From positions 33,313,967-33,377,966 of the forward strand of contig CM120640.1 in assembly GCA_051362555.1 (NCBI GenBank): DNA of 64,000 bases, written 5' to 3'. Below the pieces are notes generated by a model that was not told where the DNA came from, did no database searches, and was given only the letters and a program-made list of their open reading frames with translations. Below, in pieces: positions 1-23,507 of the stretch. Made by a program: the position numbers and the translations under genes. Source of the DNA: Lingula anatina. Its lineage: Eukaryota > Animalia > Brachiopoda. Numbering within the stretch: the first letter of the stretch is position 1; each line of letters starts with the position of its first letter.

Positions 1-192
1 AGATACAATTGTACATCCATAATTTGAGCATTTACAAATAAATTGTATGCAGTTGTAATATGTAAAAAAAATGGTGATCTAGCCTGAAGATGAGACCACC
101 TGTTTTTACTGAGTAAATTTTTTAGTCATCCTGTAGAATTAATTCACAATGGAACTATACCACTATTAGGGACTCTAACTGAATGCAATCAG

Positions 193-323
193 GGCCCCAT
201 CCCTCGAAAGCATCGCGTATTGCGAATCGCTATATCAAATAGAGGCTACAATGGGACGAGTATGGGCAAGTTATGGAATCGAGACGTTTGCGCAACATAG
301 AGAACCTTTCAAGATACAGGGCC
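193..323. mobile_element. Short MITE, PIF/Harbinger-like
   Basis: Imperfect terminal inverted repeats ggccccatccctcgaaag ... ctttcaagatacagggcc, flanked by CAG on both sides. Confidence 0.4.
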
Positions 324-1775
324 CAGATTAACATACCTCCTCTTATTTACAACTAACTCTTGTAATCACCAGCTTTTCTGTATTCTACTCAACAGCAGGA
401 GCAGGTGTGTTTATCTGTTAATCTGATTGCATTCAGCAAGAGTCCTTGTGGAGTTAGTTCCAACTATCTAGTACAATAGTTTCATTGTAAACGTACCCTA
501 AGAATCAGGAATGTGTATCAGTTGGATTCTGAAATTGATCTTCAACAACTAACCAACGGTCAGCATCTAGTGAAAGGTCTTAAGTTTAGACCACAACATG
601 GGCTTGTCATTAAACATAAGTTCTAGAATCCAGCTGATACATATGCATAACATTTTTCAAAGGAAAAAAAAATCTGATAAAAAGAAGTAAGAAATTCAGG
701 GGAGGGATTGAGCTTTTTTTTAAACCAACTTTTTTGTGAAATCGTGTGTGTGTGTGTGTGTGTGTGCCCACATAGTCTGCTACTCTAAAAGGACACCCAG
801 TATGTTGATTGTCCAGAAAAAATGACAGCCTGGTGATGCTGCGTGCTGATTGGCTTAGAGTTGCTGATGATTGACAGCCAGTGATAGGTCAATGGTCGCA
901 CAAGCATATTATTTTGGGAAAGCAAAAGCTCTTCTTTCCTCCCAATCCTGACAAAGATGTCATCTGAAAGATCCTGTATCATTTTGTAATATACCTTTTG
1001 CTGCTGAAAACAGCAACAAATGCCAGTAATAATTACTAAGTAGCATTTTCTTACCACCTTGAGGCTGTTTATCTATAATTTATATCTAAAAATAACACTG
1101 GCAAGGGCATAACTTATATTTAGTTTTGACCCTGTTAAAAATCCAGATATACTTCAAACTTCCCTTTTTCCAAGTAAATGTGAAAATGAACTTATGTTAT
1201 AAGGAGTGCCCTTAATTTTGCTGCAATTTTTGCACAAGTCTTGTATAAATTTAGATAATTAGGACAATTCAGACAGAAAATTAAGCAATCACGTATGGAA
1301 AATCTAAATTACAATAACTACATATACCACATATGGGTAGAATAAACCACCTTGTTCATGTGAACCCACGAAAGGGACAAAATTGCTGAAGAAAGTGAAG
1401 GTGTTGTTAGAACTGCGTGCATGCCGGTAATGATGTCAAGCTAAGCACCAGGTGCTGACGTCAAATAGCACAGATGACATCTCCATACACACACACATAC
1501 AGGCATGTCTTCACTAATTACAGATCACACAATGCCAGAAAGTAGAGTGTTAAAGGTACAATATACGTTCTTGGCACTATTCATACTTTATTTCAAACGT
1601 CACAGCTTCCTTGTTAAGACGACCTTTTGATCTCAAACTAAAGTTAACCAAGGACACTGCTATACACCAGTGCCTCTCACTTAAGCAGAATAATCCAAGT
1701 CTATTCAACAACTTTTACTTTGTGTTTGACTGAGATTGGATAAAACTGATTCATCTGTATACCTGCCAAACCTTC

Positions 1776-1848
<73 letters not shown>

Positions 1849-3440
1849 AAAAAAAAAAATCGTTTAAACATGTCAATTGATACTCAGTTCTAACTCCAAT
1901 ATTTTCAGGTTTATGACCATTTGGTAACACACCCTACAAAATACAAAGATACCAAAATAAACCATTCAATCCTTATAATTACAGAGTACACTTGGTCCTT
2001 TCACACAGATTGTCACATTTAAACATTCCTGTATATAAAAACCTAGAGATATCTATGGGCTTTCACTGAATACCCTATATAGTGCTCAAGGTAAAGCAAC
2101 ACCCATTTCATATCTTATATACTGTATAGTCATAAAAAGATCTCTCAGATAATTTTTTGGATACATAGACACTTAAAGTTGGGTTTATTTGTGATGGTAA
2201 CTCTAGATTAATATTTATTCTATTTAAAAGTATTCAAAATTTAACAATTTTTCATTACAGGTTTTATATTATTTTATTTTATTTATTTTTTTGACAATTC
2301 ATTCTAAAACTTCAGTAATCAAAGTGAACATAAAACATCAATTGTGCTTCAACTTTTATATAAAAGACATACCTTTTACAAATTCTGTTTCTTCAATGAA
2401 TCATAGATAATATCAGAATAAAGCTCATAGCCAGCTAAGCCAGCTTTTCCACTTAAAGTGAAAATCCATTTTTCATCAATCTGAACTTGCGCCTCTGTTT
2501 TTAAGAAAAATGCTTTCACCATGAAAGCTTACCACACTAAAACAAAAAGGACCTTCTTTAAATTATTTCTCTTACTGTTTACTTATTGATTATAACAAGC
2601 AGACAATGGCTGATGTCTCATATTGGCACAGGTCAAAAATCAATAATGTACGACAGCATCAGCATTTTCACACTGTTTGTCTACATTACAGTAGGGATTA
2701 CAAGTATGGTATGATAACCTTTTCATTTTATAGCTGCAAGGGATACATGACTACTTTCTTATGCTTTATGTAAATATCAACTTTCTTGCTTAATGTTGTG
2801 GTGAGAAATTTTTTTCTTTTTTTTTCTTTCTTGTAATGTTATTAAACCACAGACTAGCTCATCCATTTTTTTTTTGTAAATATTAGATTTTGCTTCACAG
2901 TGGCCAAATACCCGCATGCACTCTTGTGAATTTCAAGAAAACTTGGATTATACTGAATCTTTTATAAAGTCAATGCCCATGCAAAAGATAAGAATTAAAC
3001 ATAAGACATCATTTTGCATTTGTTGCGATTACTTCCCAAATACTAGTAACCATTTTTTTCTTACAAAGTGTTTGTTTTATTTTTCACAAATTCAGGAATT
3101 TTTTCATCAACCAACTCTTCACCAGTGAGACTGTAAGGATCTTATCAGATGACCAACTAAGTAATCAAACCAAAGCTGCACCCCCCCCCCTTCAAAGAAA
3201 AACTCTTCAGCATATAAGCATATAGAACAGCACAGTGTTCAATATGCACGCTGTTATTTTTTCACTATTTGAACTTACAGTGGGGATTCTTGTGCATAAA
3301 AATGGTGGGGAAATGGTAAACCACACCAGACAATTGATAAATACCTTTCACAAAAAAAGAAGGATAGGCAAAGACAAGTTAAATAGAAAGAATTATAACA
3401 TATATTTGGTGGGCAATTCTAGGCATAACCATACACATAC

Positions 3441-15383
<11,943 letters not shown>

Positions 15384-15985
15384 ATGTACTATCTCTGGTC
15401 AAATGACGGCATTTGTAGGCAAAATAATCTAACGATTGCTGCAAATACCAGGGGTGTGGTATGCTGCACTTGTTGGAGGAAGGCCTCCGCACTAAATGAC
15501 GCTGTGGAATTTCATTGGACAAAACGTAAAAGAAAGGACCAGGTGCCCAAGACAAGCTGTTGTTAAAAGCAGACATTGATTAACGTTATGAGTGACTAAG
15601 TGGCGTATCTCTTACTAATGCAAACATGCACACAAACGAAATATGAAAGATCGCGTGAATACGTAATTTATACCCATTCTCACATACCCAATGAACAGGA
15701 GCTGTTAAAGTTAATATTGTTCACGTTATTTTGCACGCACAAAAGCGTTCGTGAACGCAAACTGCCAAACATAAGTGAACATAGGCCTAAACGGAAAGTG
15801 TAATCATCATAAGTGTTAAATGAATAAAAGCAAGTATTAATGCTAGTCAAGCAGAGTTAGGAAAATATTCCATTTAAAGTAATATCATTTAACTAACACA
15901 AACTTTTGGGAAAACACTAGAGGAATTGCATATATTTAGTCGCAGAGAAAGATGATGCACTATAAACCCACCCTCTGATACCTGG

Positions 15986-16033
<48 letters not shown>

Positions 16034-16707
16034 AAAACAAAAAAAACAAAACAAAACAAAAAAAAAACCGCTCCTGGAAACTTAGGGAGTCCAAATTTTA
16101 AACTAGAAACTTAGTTTACCCAAATATAGAAGAAGAAATATAAAAGGAAATTCTTTTTTGGAAGAATAAGGCCTTCTACATGTAGGTACATCTGTAGGTA
16201 CATGCATGTACCTGATAAATCCAACTTAAACAGACAAAATTCATTAAAATCGCACAACCCTGAAAATATAAATCTTGCTTGACATCCCGGTTCATCTAAG
16301 AATTGCAATTTTGGAGCATACAGACTATGAATTGTGAAGGGTAGACACGTACACTTCTTACAAATACTGCCAGAAAAAATACTTAAAAAAAGGTAGTGGT
16401 ATTGCCCACATTCTGAATCAGTAATTAAGGATGTTTGATTCCGTAGCCGGATTGATTTTTAACAGACACTGACCATAGACTTATGATCAGCAAACTATTC
16501 CATAATCTAAATCCATATACAGCCAGTTATGCCAAGTAGATCGTGTTATATGAGCCACTTGTTGATCATGCTTTTTAATTTCATTCATTCATTTATTAAT
16601 TCATTTATTCTTTTGTTTGATAAAATATGTTATCTTAGGAGGCTACCGTAGGCTTACGTGAAATCATTATGAGATGTGTATGTTCTGAAATCTTGGGTAG
16701 GCATATA

Positions 16708-16805
16708 CAGGGGCGGATCCAGGATTATTTGAAGGGGGGGGGGGGTCAGCGGATTCGAAGCCAACGCCAACTTGGCGTGGGGTTCGGAGCCCGCTGAAGG
16801 ACCCC
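16708..16805 (+). mobile_element. hAT-like MITE terminus (CAGGGGCGGATCCAGG family)
   Basis: Starts caggggcggatccaggattat. A related ~100-bp copy lies in inverted orientation at 20711-20809. Confidence 0.55.
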
Positions 16806-16952
16806 AAGCATATTCGATATTTTATTTTACATAGCCTGTGCAAATTGTTTATGTATTAAATGCTCTGAAAACGTATCTTTTTGTCAGACGGTGCTCTATG
16901 CATATAGGTGCACGTGTACGGTCACGTCTACTAAGTACGTACGTTCGACACC

Positions 16953-17172
16953 TGCCCAGTTTCATCATCACTGGATCCATAAGATAAAAGTCTTATCCAC
17001 TCGGCAATTATCCTGTGGGTAAAGTAATGTTTACTACACACTAGGTACTTATATTTGTCTCTGATATTGCTTGCCAGTGGTTAAAAAGGGTTGCTATCCT
17101 CAGGATAACTGTCCAGAGGATAACAATTTTATTCAAAGGATAGTGTTATCCAGTTTTGATGAAACTTACCCT
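16953..17172. mobile_element. MITE, Harbinger-like
   Basis: Imperfect inverted termini cccagtttcatcatcactggat ... atccagttttgatgaaacttaccc. Confidence 0.45.
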
Positions 17173-18244
17173 GAGTGTCAGAGCAACGTGAAAGTTAGTT
17201 TGTTTAATATTTAATATACCTTGGAGTCACTTTCACTGGTATTGCGATATGGGTTATGTGTGAAATCAAGATCGAGCTGGCAATACCGGAATCTAGAACC
17301 TAGGGTAATGAAACTGGGCCCAGATGTTCGCTTTTCCAGGAGCACGCGTGCCAGAGCGTGCGCCAAGCTACCGCATGTATGCAAATTCATTCGTGCACAT
17401 GTATACCGCGGAAAGGTATGGCATAACTGGAACGCACTGCGACCACACCGTCGTACTCAGTTTGTTCTCTCCTTTTAAAATATGCCTTGCTTTGAGGGAT
17501 GAAATGTTAATACAAAATTAAGATCTGCTGATGAATACGCATAGAATGTGGTTTTATTATAGAAAAAGGAAGACAATCGAGACACTACCTCCTAGGACCT
17601 GGCGTGGCCAAAAACGTCTTCCGCTTTTATAAATTAAACTTGACTCGAACTTACTATGCGTTGAACCAATTAATTACCTACACCTATGAATCTTAAGATT
17701 AATATTTTTAAAAGGTGTACGTTAAAGAAGAAAAAGTTATGGATCACTCTTTACTACATGTGCAATCCAAATTACCCACGATAGTCTGAGCACGACGACG
17801 CTTGGACTACTTAGGCGTCACAACCGCCAGATTACAACCGTATTCAAAATATACATAAAGAAAATACAGGGATATCTTAGGAACCGAAGGATAAGAAATT
17901 GAAATCAAATCCCAGTTTTAAGTTTGATGTATTAAGAGGGGCTTCAATATGTAGATATCATCATAACAAGACTTGATATATTATAGCTTTACAGATACAC
18001 TATATCCCCCGTAAGCTGCTTGCAAGCTCATCACTTTATCACTCTATCGCGCAGCATTCCTGAACCCCATGAAGTGATGTTACTTTTTTTATCTTGGCAG
18101 TGTTTGCCAAAATGCAATAGTCATACTGTCACTTCTCTAACAGAGACATATACACTTTAGACTAAGCCTGCATTAAATGTATGCACATTCTTGTTAGCTT
18201 TGGTCCCATTCTTGCATTTTATCAAATAGTTTATAGATATGTCG

Positions 18245-18275
<31 letters not shown>

Positions 18276-19339
18276 AGTTATTTTTGCCACCCGATTTACA
18301 AGGTGATAATTATGGGCTTGGAAAGAGTTCTTTTAATTACAATTAATGTGCCTTTTTGGTTTGATTTTTAATGTTATTGTTCATAATTTTTACTGATATT
18401 GTTGCTGTCGTTCAAGACAGCGTGAAATGGTTGCTACATCTTAGTGTTTGTACCTTGGCCATATCTTCATTCAAATGAATGTACTAGTCGCTTCTCATCT
18501 ATCGCACTTGCCAAACACGTACCCCATTGCAACTGCAATATCTGCAATATGCATTTACAGTAGACAACTTCTTCTCCAATTAAGATATTGCCTGCGACTT
18601 CATAGGAAAATGGTAAGAAAGATCCTAGTGCAGGCCTTACGTCTTAAAAGATAATGTTTTTGAAAAATCATGTTTTTGTACTGTAAATATTATCCAACAT
18701 AGGTAAACTGTACGTTTTAATTATAGGCTATTTACTAACATGTATGACTGAAAGGATTTCTGTATAAACATTAGAATCACTGGGCAATTTTAAAATACTC
18801 GAAGAAAAAATACAATGAAGAAAGCAGGTACATAATTGTATACTCCAATCGCCTTCATCAAGTCACGTCAAGACTCATTTCCGTGATTATAGTTATTACT
18901 ATATTACAATTATTCCAAAATGCAATATGGGGTTATATATATTACTATTATATATATTTTACCCCTCTAAAGTCTACTGAAAATTTTAAATGATTATTTA
19001 AAAAAATGTTTTCATTAAAAGAAATTGATACTGAAAAACAGGCAGAGTCAACAAAATATTAACACTTGAAGTCATTTAAAAGGCATTCAGTATATCTAAG
19101 AGGCATTCATCAATCGCCAAAAACATTTATGTAAATTGTTTTAAGGAGGCAGTTCAGGTAGTTCGCGATGTAGTATCAAATAGTACTGTTTTCACTTACG
19201 TTCATAAAAAAGCCAAATATAACCACTCTGCATCTCTACTATCTAAAAAGTGACCCATATTTAGAAGAATTAGAAATTTCTATAAGGGGAGATTGAGTAC
19301 AGGGCAACATACCATTCTAAACGATAGTGTTCGTGACAT

Positions 19340-19400
19340 CGGCGATAGCACAGAGGTTAGGACATCGGATTCCCCAACTAAGAGTTTCGGGTTCAATAAT
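19340..19400 (+). repeat. Degenerate tRNA-derived sequence (SINE head or tRNA pseudogene)
   Basis: A-box-like tagcacagaggttagg and B-box-like gggttcaat at tRNA spacing. The acceptor stem does not pair. A second A-box-like ggtggcgcaatgggtagcgc lies near 19507. Confidence 0.3.
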
Positions 19401-20710
19401 GGATGTGCAGTTTTCATCTTTTAACGAGTGTTTTAAATATTTTAATTTCAAGGAAAAGAGTACAGGTAAATTCGCCAAGAAATGCAGGTGTCATTGTGTC
19501 CTCGTCGGTGGCGCAATGGGTAGCGCACCTATATGGTTACGAAGCCTTCTTCTACGCCGACAGACACGAAGACGCCTGGAGTAGGTTACGTGTAGGCCAG
19601 GCTAGGTGTAGGTCAGATCAGGCTAAGGTGTAGGTCAGCCTAGGAATATCCTAAGAGTGAGCTAGGAGTAGGAATTAAACTTAGAAAACCAAATAGGCAT
19701 TGAGATATAAGTTAGAAAATCCAATAGTTGTCCTGTAAAAAAGTGACTTATATTTTTTTTCTGACATTTCCAGTTTGGTGTTTGGATTAATTTTATGTTA
19801 ACTAGAAAGACAGAGACAAGTGTGGTACAGTGTGTGACCTCTGACCTTGGGCTTTCTCCGATGATTTTCATTAATACGAAAAGGAGTCCACATTTATCGA
19901 TATACGCACTGAACAGGTTTGAAATAATGAATGAATAAATAAATAGGTAGATAGATTCATATAAAGATAAATGTGTAAAAGAAAAGAAAAGAAAAGAAAA
20001 AAAAGTAAAGAAAGAAAGAAAGAATAAAAAGATCGTTGATGTGAAAAAGGATCTGAGAGGCAGGATTTATTTAGAAAAGGGAGTAGGAATAAAAGTTAGA
20101 AAATGAAACAGGCATTGAAAAATAAGAAAGGGGGTAATTGATTATCGTTTAGCAGCTTAAGTAGGTGTGCCAGACATCTAAGCCGCTTAAGCTGAAAGCA
20201 ATTTAGCGAGAATCCCTTTGGAGATAGATCGATCCTGTTAGATCGTTCTAGGTATGGGAATCTAGTCTTAGTGTCTTCATGGGGCTCACCCTTCAGCGAA
20301 AAACGTACAGAGGCTTTTATGGGCCACGGTAATCTTTTACACCTGAAGTCACTGATCTTTTATGGTTTGTCTCTTACATATCCCATGTTTTTTACAAAAT
20401 TTGTTGCCGCAACGCACGTGCCAGTCTCACCGTCATTTTTATAAACCCTCTCTACTTCAAAGTTTCCGAGACTGCGTTTGTTCAATATATTAGAAGACTC
20501 TGTCCTGTTTGCTTGGGAAAAACCAAAGATTGAAATGTTAGGAAGACATGGCAGTACTGACCACCCCCCCCCCCCCCCCCCCTTAAATTTCTGAAGAAAA
20601 TCACCTCAATGGTCCCCTCTTGAAATTAGAATTTTGACTAGCTGAATCATAGTTCTTAACCGTACCAAATGGCACCGTTCGCCCTCTAAAATATCAAATT
20701 TTTTTCTGAG

Positions 20711-20809
20711 CCCCTCAGCGGCCCCCGTACCGTAAGCCAAGGAGGGGTTGGGGAGGGTCGGCTTCGCATCCGCGCACCCCTCCTTCACATAATCCTGGAT
20801 CCGCCCCTG
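20711..20809 (-). mobile_element. hAT-like MITE terminus, same family as 16708
   Basis: Ends aatcctggatccgcccctg, the reverse complement of the 16708 terminus. Confidence 0.55.
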
Positions 20810-20967
20810 CTTTATAACTTCTTAAACAGACATGAGTTTACGTAATTAGTTTACAAGCGATAAAATTCAAAAATATTTCAAATATATAGTATATGATTTA
20901 TTTATAGCAAAATGACTTTATTTTGATTTAAAAAAAAAACGGTGTTTATGTCTTGACACCTATAAAA

Positions 20968-22209
20968 TCAGATCTTAAGAACCGTATTATGTGCATGGTC
21001 TTTCTGCTGAGGCATTAATTCTAAGGTGAAAGGGTTTGTCACGGCGTAAGATGGCTCTTCAACGAATATTGAGTTGATAACTTTGTCGCCAAATTTCAGA
21101 GTTTCCATAATTCCTTTAGCCGTCTTCGTGCGATGTACGAACGGGTACTTATCTCTCAGCTGCGAACAATCAACATGTACTTCTTTCGCCTTTTGCATCT
21201 TTTTATAGTCTTTGATATCAAGTTCGGAGACATGTCTATACTGTCCCCGCTGACAACCCACGTCATCATACGTAGCAAGTAGATTTGCATAGCCGTCCCT
21301 CGGCGATGGTAGCCACATGGGCCCAAACGGGCGAAGATGAAGTGGGAATACTGTAGACTTTAGAAATACATATTCCCTGTGTATTGGAGCCATGTCAATG
21401 AGGTGGGTGGCATTCTCCCTGTAAAAATTGATGTCAATATATGGAAATTTCCACCCGAATAAGGTGGGCTTAGATAACTTCGAAGTATTTGAGTAAAATT
21501 TATACCGAGGACTCTTGCTGTGTAATGCATACTCTGGCCGCATATTTCCCAATATAGCTTTTACGTATGGAGCATGCTTATAGTTGACGTAAACATCAAC
21601 GTCATCGTCCCAGGGTATTAGACCGTGATGACGAAATGACCCAAGAAGTGTGCCACCAGCTATGAAATACGTGATATTGGCACGCTTCATAGCCAAGTGA
21701 AAGACTTGTAAGAGGTGAAACAATAACTTTTCTTCGTCGGGTTTTAATGCCTTTTCGAAAGGGTCCAAATGGTGAACATCTTGTTTTTCAACTGTAGTTG
21801 CCGTTGTTGTCATTGGTGTAGTTAGTTTCGTTTGTTTTCCTACATTCAAGTTCTTGTGAATTATGTGAAGTGAACTGGTTATGGTACGTTGAACGATAGT
21901 ACTCGTAAACGGGCTGGTTCCTTTCAGTCGAGATAAAGAAGACCTCGTAGAAGAAGTAGTTTTCTTACTGGGTCTCTTCCTGGGGTGCAGCATTCTAAAT
22001 TTTTCTCCTTCAAGGGGAAGTTCTTTACTGCCCTTTTCTCGTACATAAGGCACACTAACATGAGTACTAGTCCGACTAGTGCGCCTGCTGATCCAATTTA
22101 CAACGCCACAAGTCTGAAAGGATGCAAGAGTTATACCCAAAACGATCGACAGAGTCAGGACGCACGCTATCCATAGAGCCGAAGGTTTTCGAAACCTAAT
22201 ATTCCGCAT
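20968..22209 (-). CDS. LicD/fukutin-related nucleotidyltransferase-fold phosphotransferase, type II membrane protein (~413 aa)
   Basis: LicD motif YFIAGGTLLGSFRHHGLIPWDDDVDV, plus WKFPYIDI and VFPLHLRPFG. N-terminal TM (ALWIACVLTLSIVLGITL) and S/T-rich stem. A polypyrimidine tract and AG acceptor at 22229-22230 make ATG 22209 (MRNIRF) the likely start. Confidence 0.9.
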   Translation of the reverse strand: MRNIRFRKPSALWIACVLTLSIVLGITLASFQTCGVVNWISRRTSRTSTHVSVPYVREKGSKELPLEGEKFRMLHPRKRPSKKTTSSTRSSLSRLKGTSPFTSTIVQRTITSSLHIIHKNLNVGKQTKLTTPMTTTATTVEKQDVHHLDPFEKALKPDEEKLLFHLLQVFHLAMKRANITYFIAGGTLLGSFRHHGLIPWDDDVDVYVNYKHAPYVKAILGNMRPEYALHSKSPRYKFYSNTSKLSKPTLFGWKFPYIDINFYRENATHLIDMAPIHREYVFLKSTVFPLHLRPFGPMWLPSPRDGYANLLATYDDVGCQRGQYRHVSELDIKDYKKMQKAKEVHVDCSQLRDKYPFVHRTKTAKGIMETLKFGDKVINSIFVEEPSYAVTNPFTLELMPQQKDHAHNTVLKI

Positions 22210-23507
22210 TCTTCTTTGAGTATATACCCTAAAAAAGAAAAAAAAAATGTCAATCAGTGCATTATGAAGTATGGTATTATTCATTAAGCTCATTTAACCC
22301 ATGTGCCGAAGTCACTTGAATCTAATATTCCAGAAAACTAACATACATGTCGTCGTATATAGACATTTTGACTTTAACATTTACTTACCTCAGCCTAGCG
22401 GGAGCCCCTCACTTCATAGGTTTAAGAATAATTAGTTCTTGTAATTTCAACGCAGAGAGTCAATTAACGACGCACCTCGCCAACGGAGGCATCATTCTAC
22501 TACAGTCCTTAGGTATCCGGAATACTTAAATTGATAAAAGTTATCTCCAAACAAACTTAGCCCGTCTGTGCAATTAACGACTATGTTAGCTCCGTCCATA
22601 GAAAATCAAATAGTTTTTCGGCTGCTATCAGAATGAGTAAACACTATGAATTTAATACAAACCTTTGATAAATTATGGGGCCCTCACCCTTAGTGAATTT
22701 CAAGATTACACAAGCTTACTTATTTCAATTAGTATAATACACTTTCTGATAACATACATTACTTTTATTTGCACACGTGTAACCTTTTAATTTTGGTGCA
22801 ATCTTCATTGATAGTTTATCTTTCTTTTCATACGAGAAGTTGTGTTTTCTTTCAAAATATCCCTCTTAGCACAGGATTAATCTGATTAATTAACCTAGAT
22901 AGTATCCTCTACTACCTTAAAAAACTGTTACCTAAAAGTACATGTGGAAACACCCAGGGCACATAATTCAAATACGTGGGTATTAATGGGGTAAGGGGGC
23001 TGATGCCCTTTAGCCCCCCCCCCCCCCCCCCCCCATCTCTTACACCTACAGAAGAGAAGTAAATACTTAAATGTAGAAATTAAGGAACAAAAACGAACCA
23101 TAATAGCAAAAGCTTATGGAATAAGTCTTTCTTACATGTGCATGTCTAGCGGTCTTAAATCATGAAAAACTGTTTGACAACTGTATTTTTGAAACAGGCT
23201 TATAATATGACATTTTGTGACGCATTTTGTGACATATAGCCTAAGCATAGTGTGTTACGTGTTTACACCTGTTGCTGCAACACCTATTTGGTCGACCCAC
23301 CCACCCCCCTCCGACAATTTCAATTGTTTAATTGTTTGATTTTAAACTTTAAATATCAATGAAAATCTGTTGGGAATGGTTATATATATTTTCACTGCGC
23401 TCATGACCACAATAGTAAATTTATCACTAGTAATGACCCCGAGGAAGACTGCATTACGCGTCACGTGCAATATAAACAAATGTGAACTTAGACCTTATAA
23501 CTTCACA

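Noticed and set aside
1776-1859. Long poly-C/(CA)n/poly-A runs (also 11163, 18244, 40546, 62282) as G-quadruplex regulators
   Set aside because: Simple repeats are common throughout the window, and homopolymer lengths are unreliable.
785-3130. Exon-like segments on the minus strand (3065-3130, 2373-2494, ~800-1003) as GRK exon 5
   Set aside because: Wrong phase or in-frame stops, or no recognisable similarity to the expected GRK RGS-domain sequence. The gene probably continues beyond the window.
19340-19530. Functional tRNA gene
   Set aside because: A and B boxes are present, but there is no complete cloverleaf or acceptor stem.
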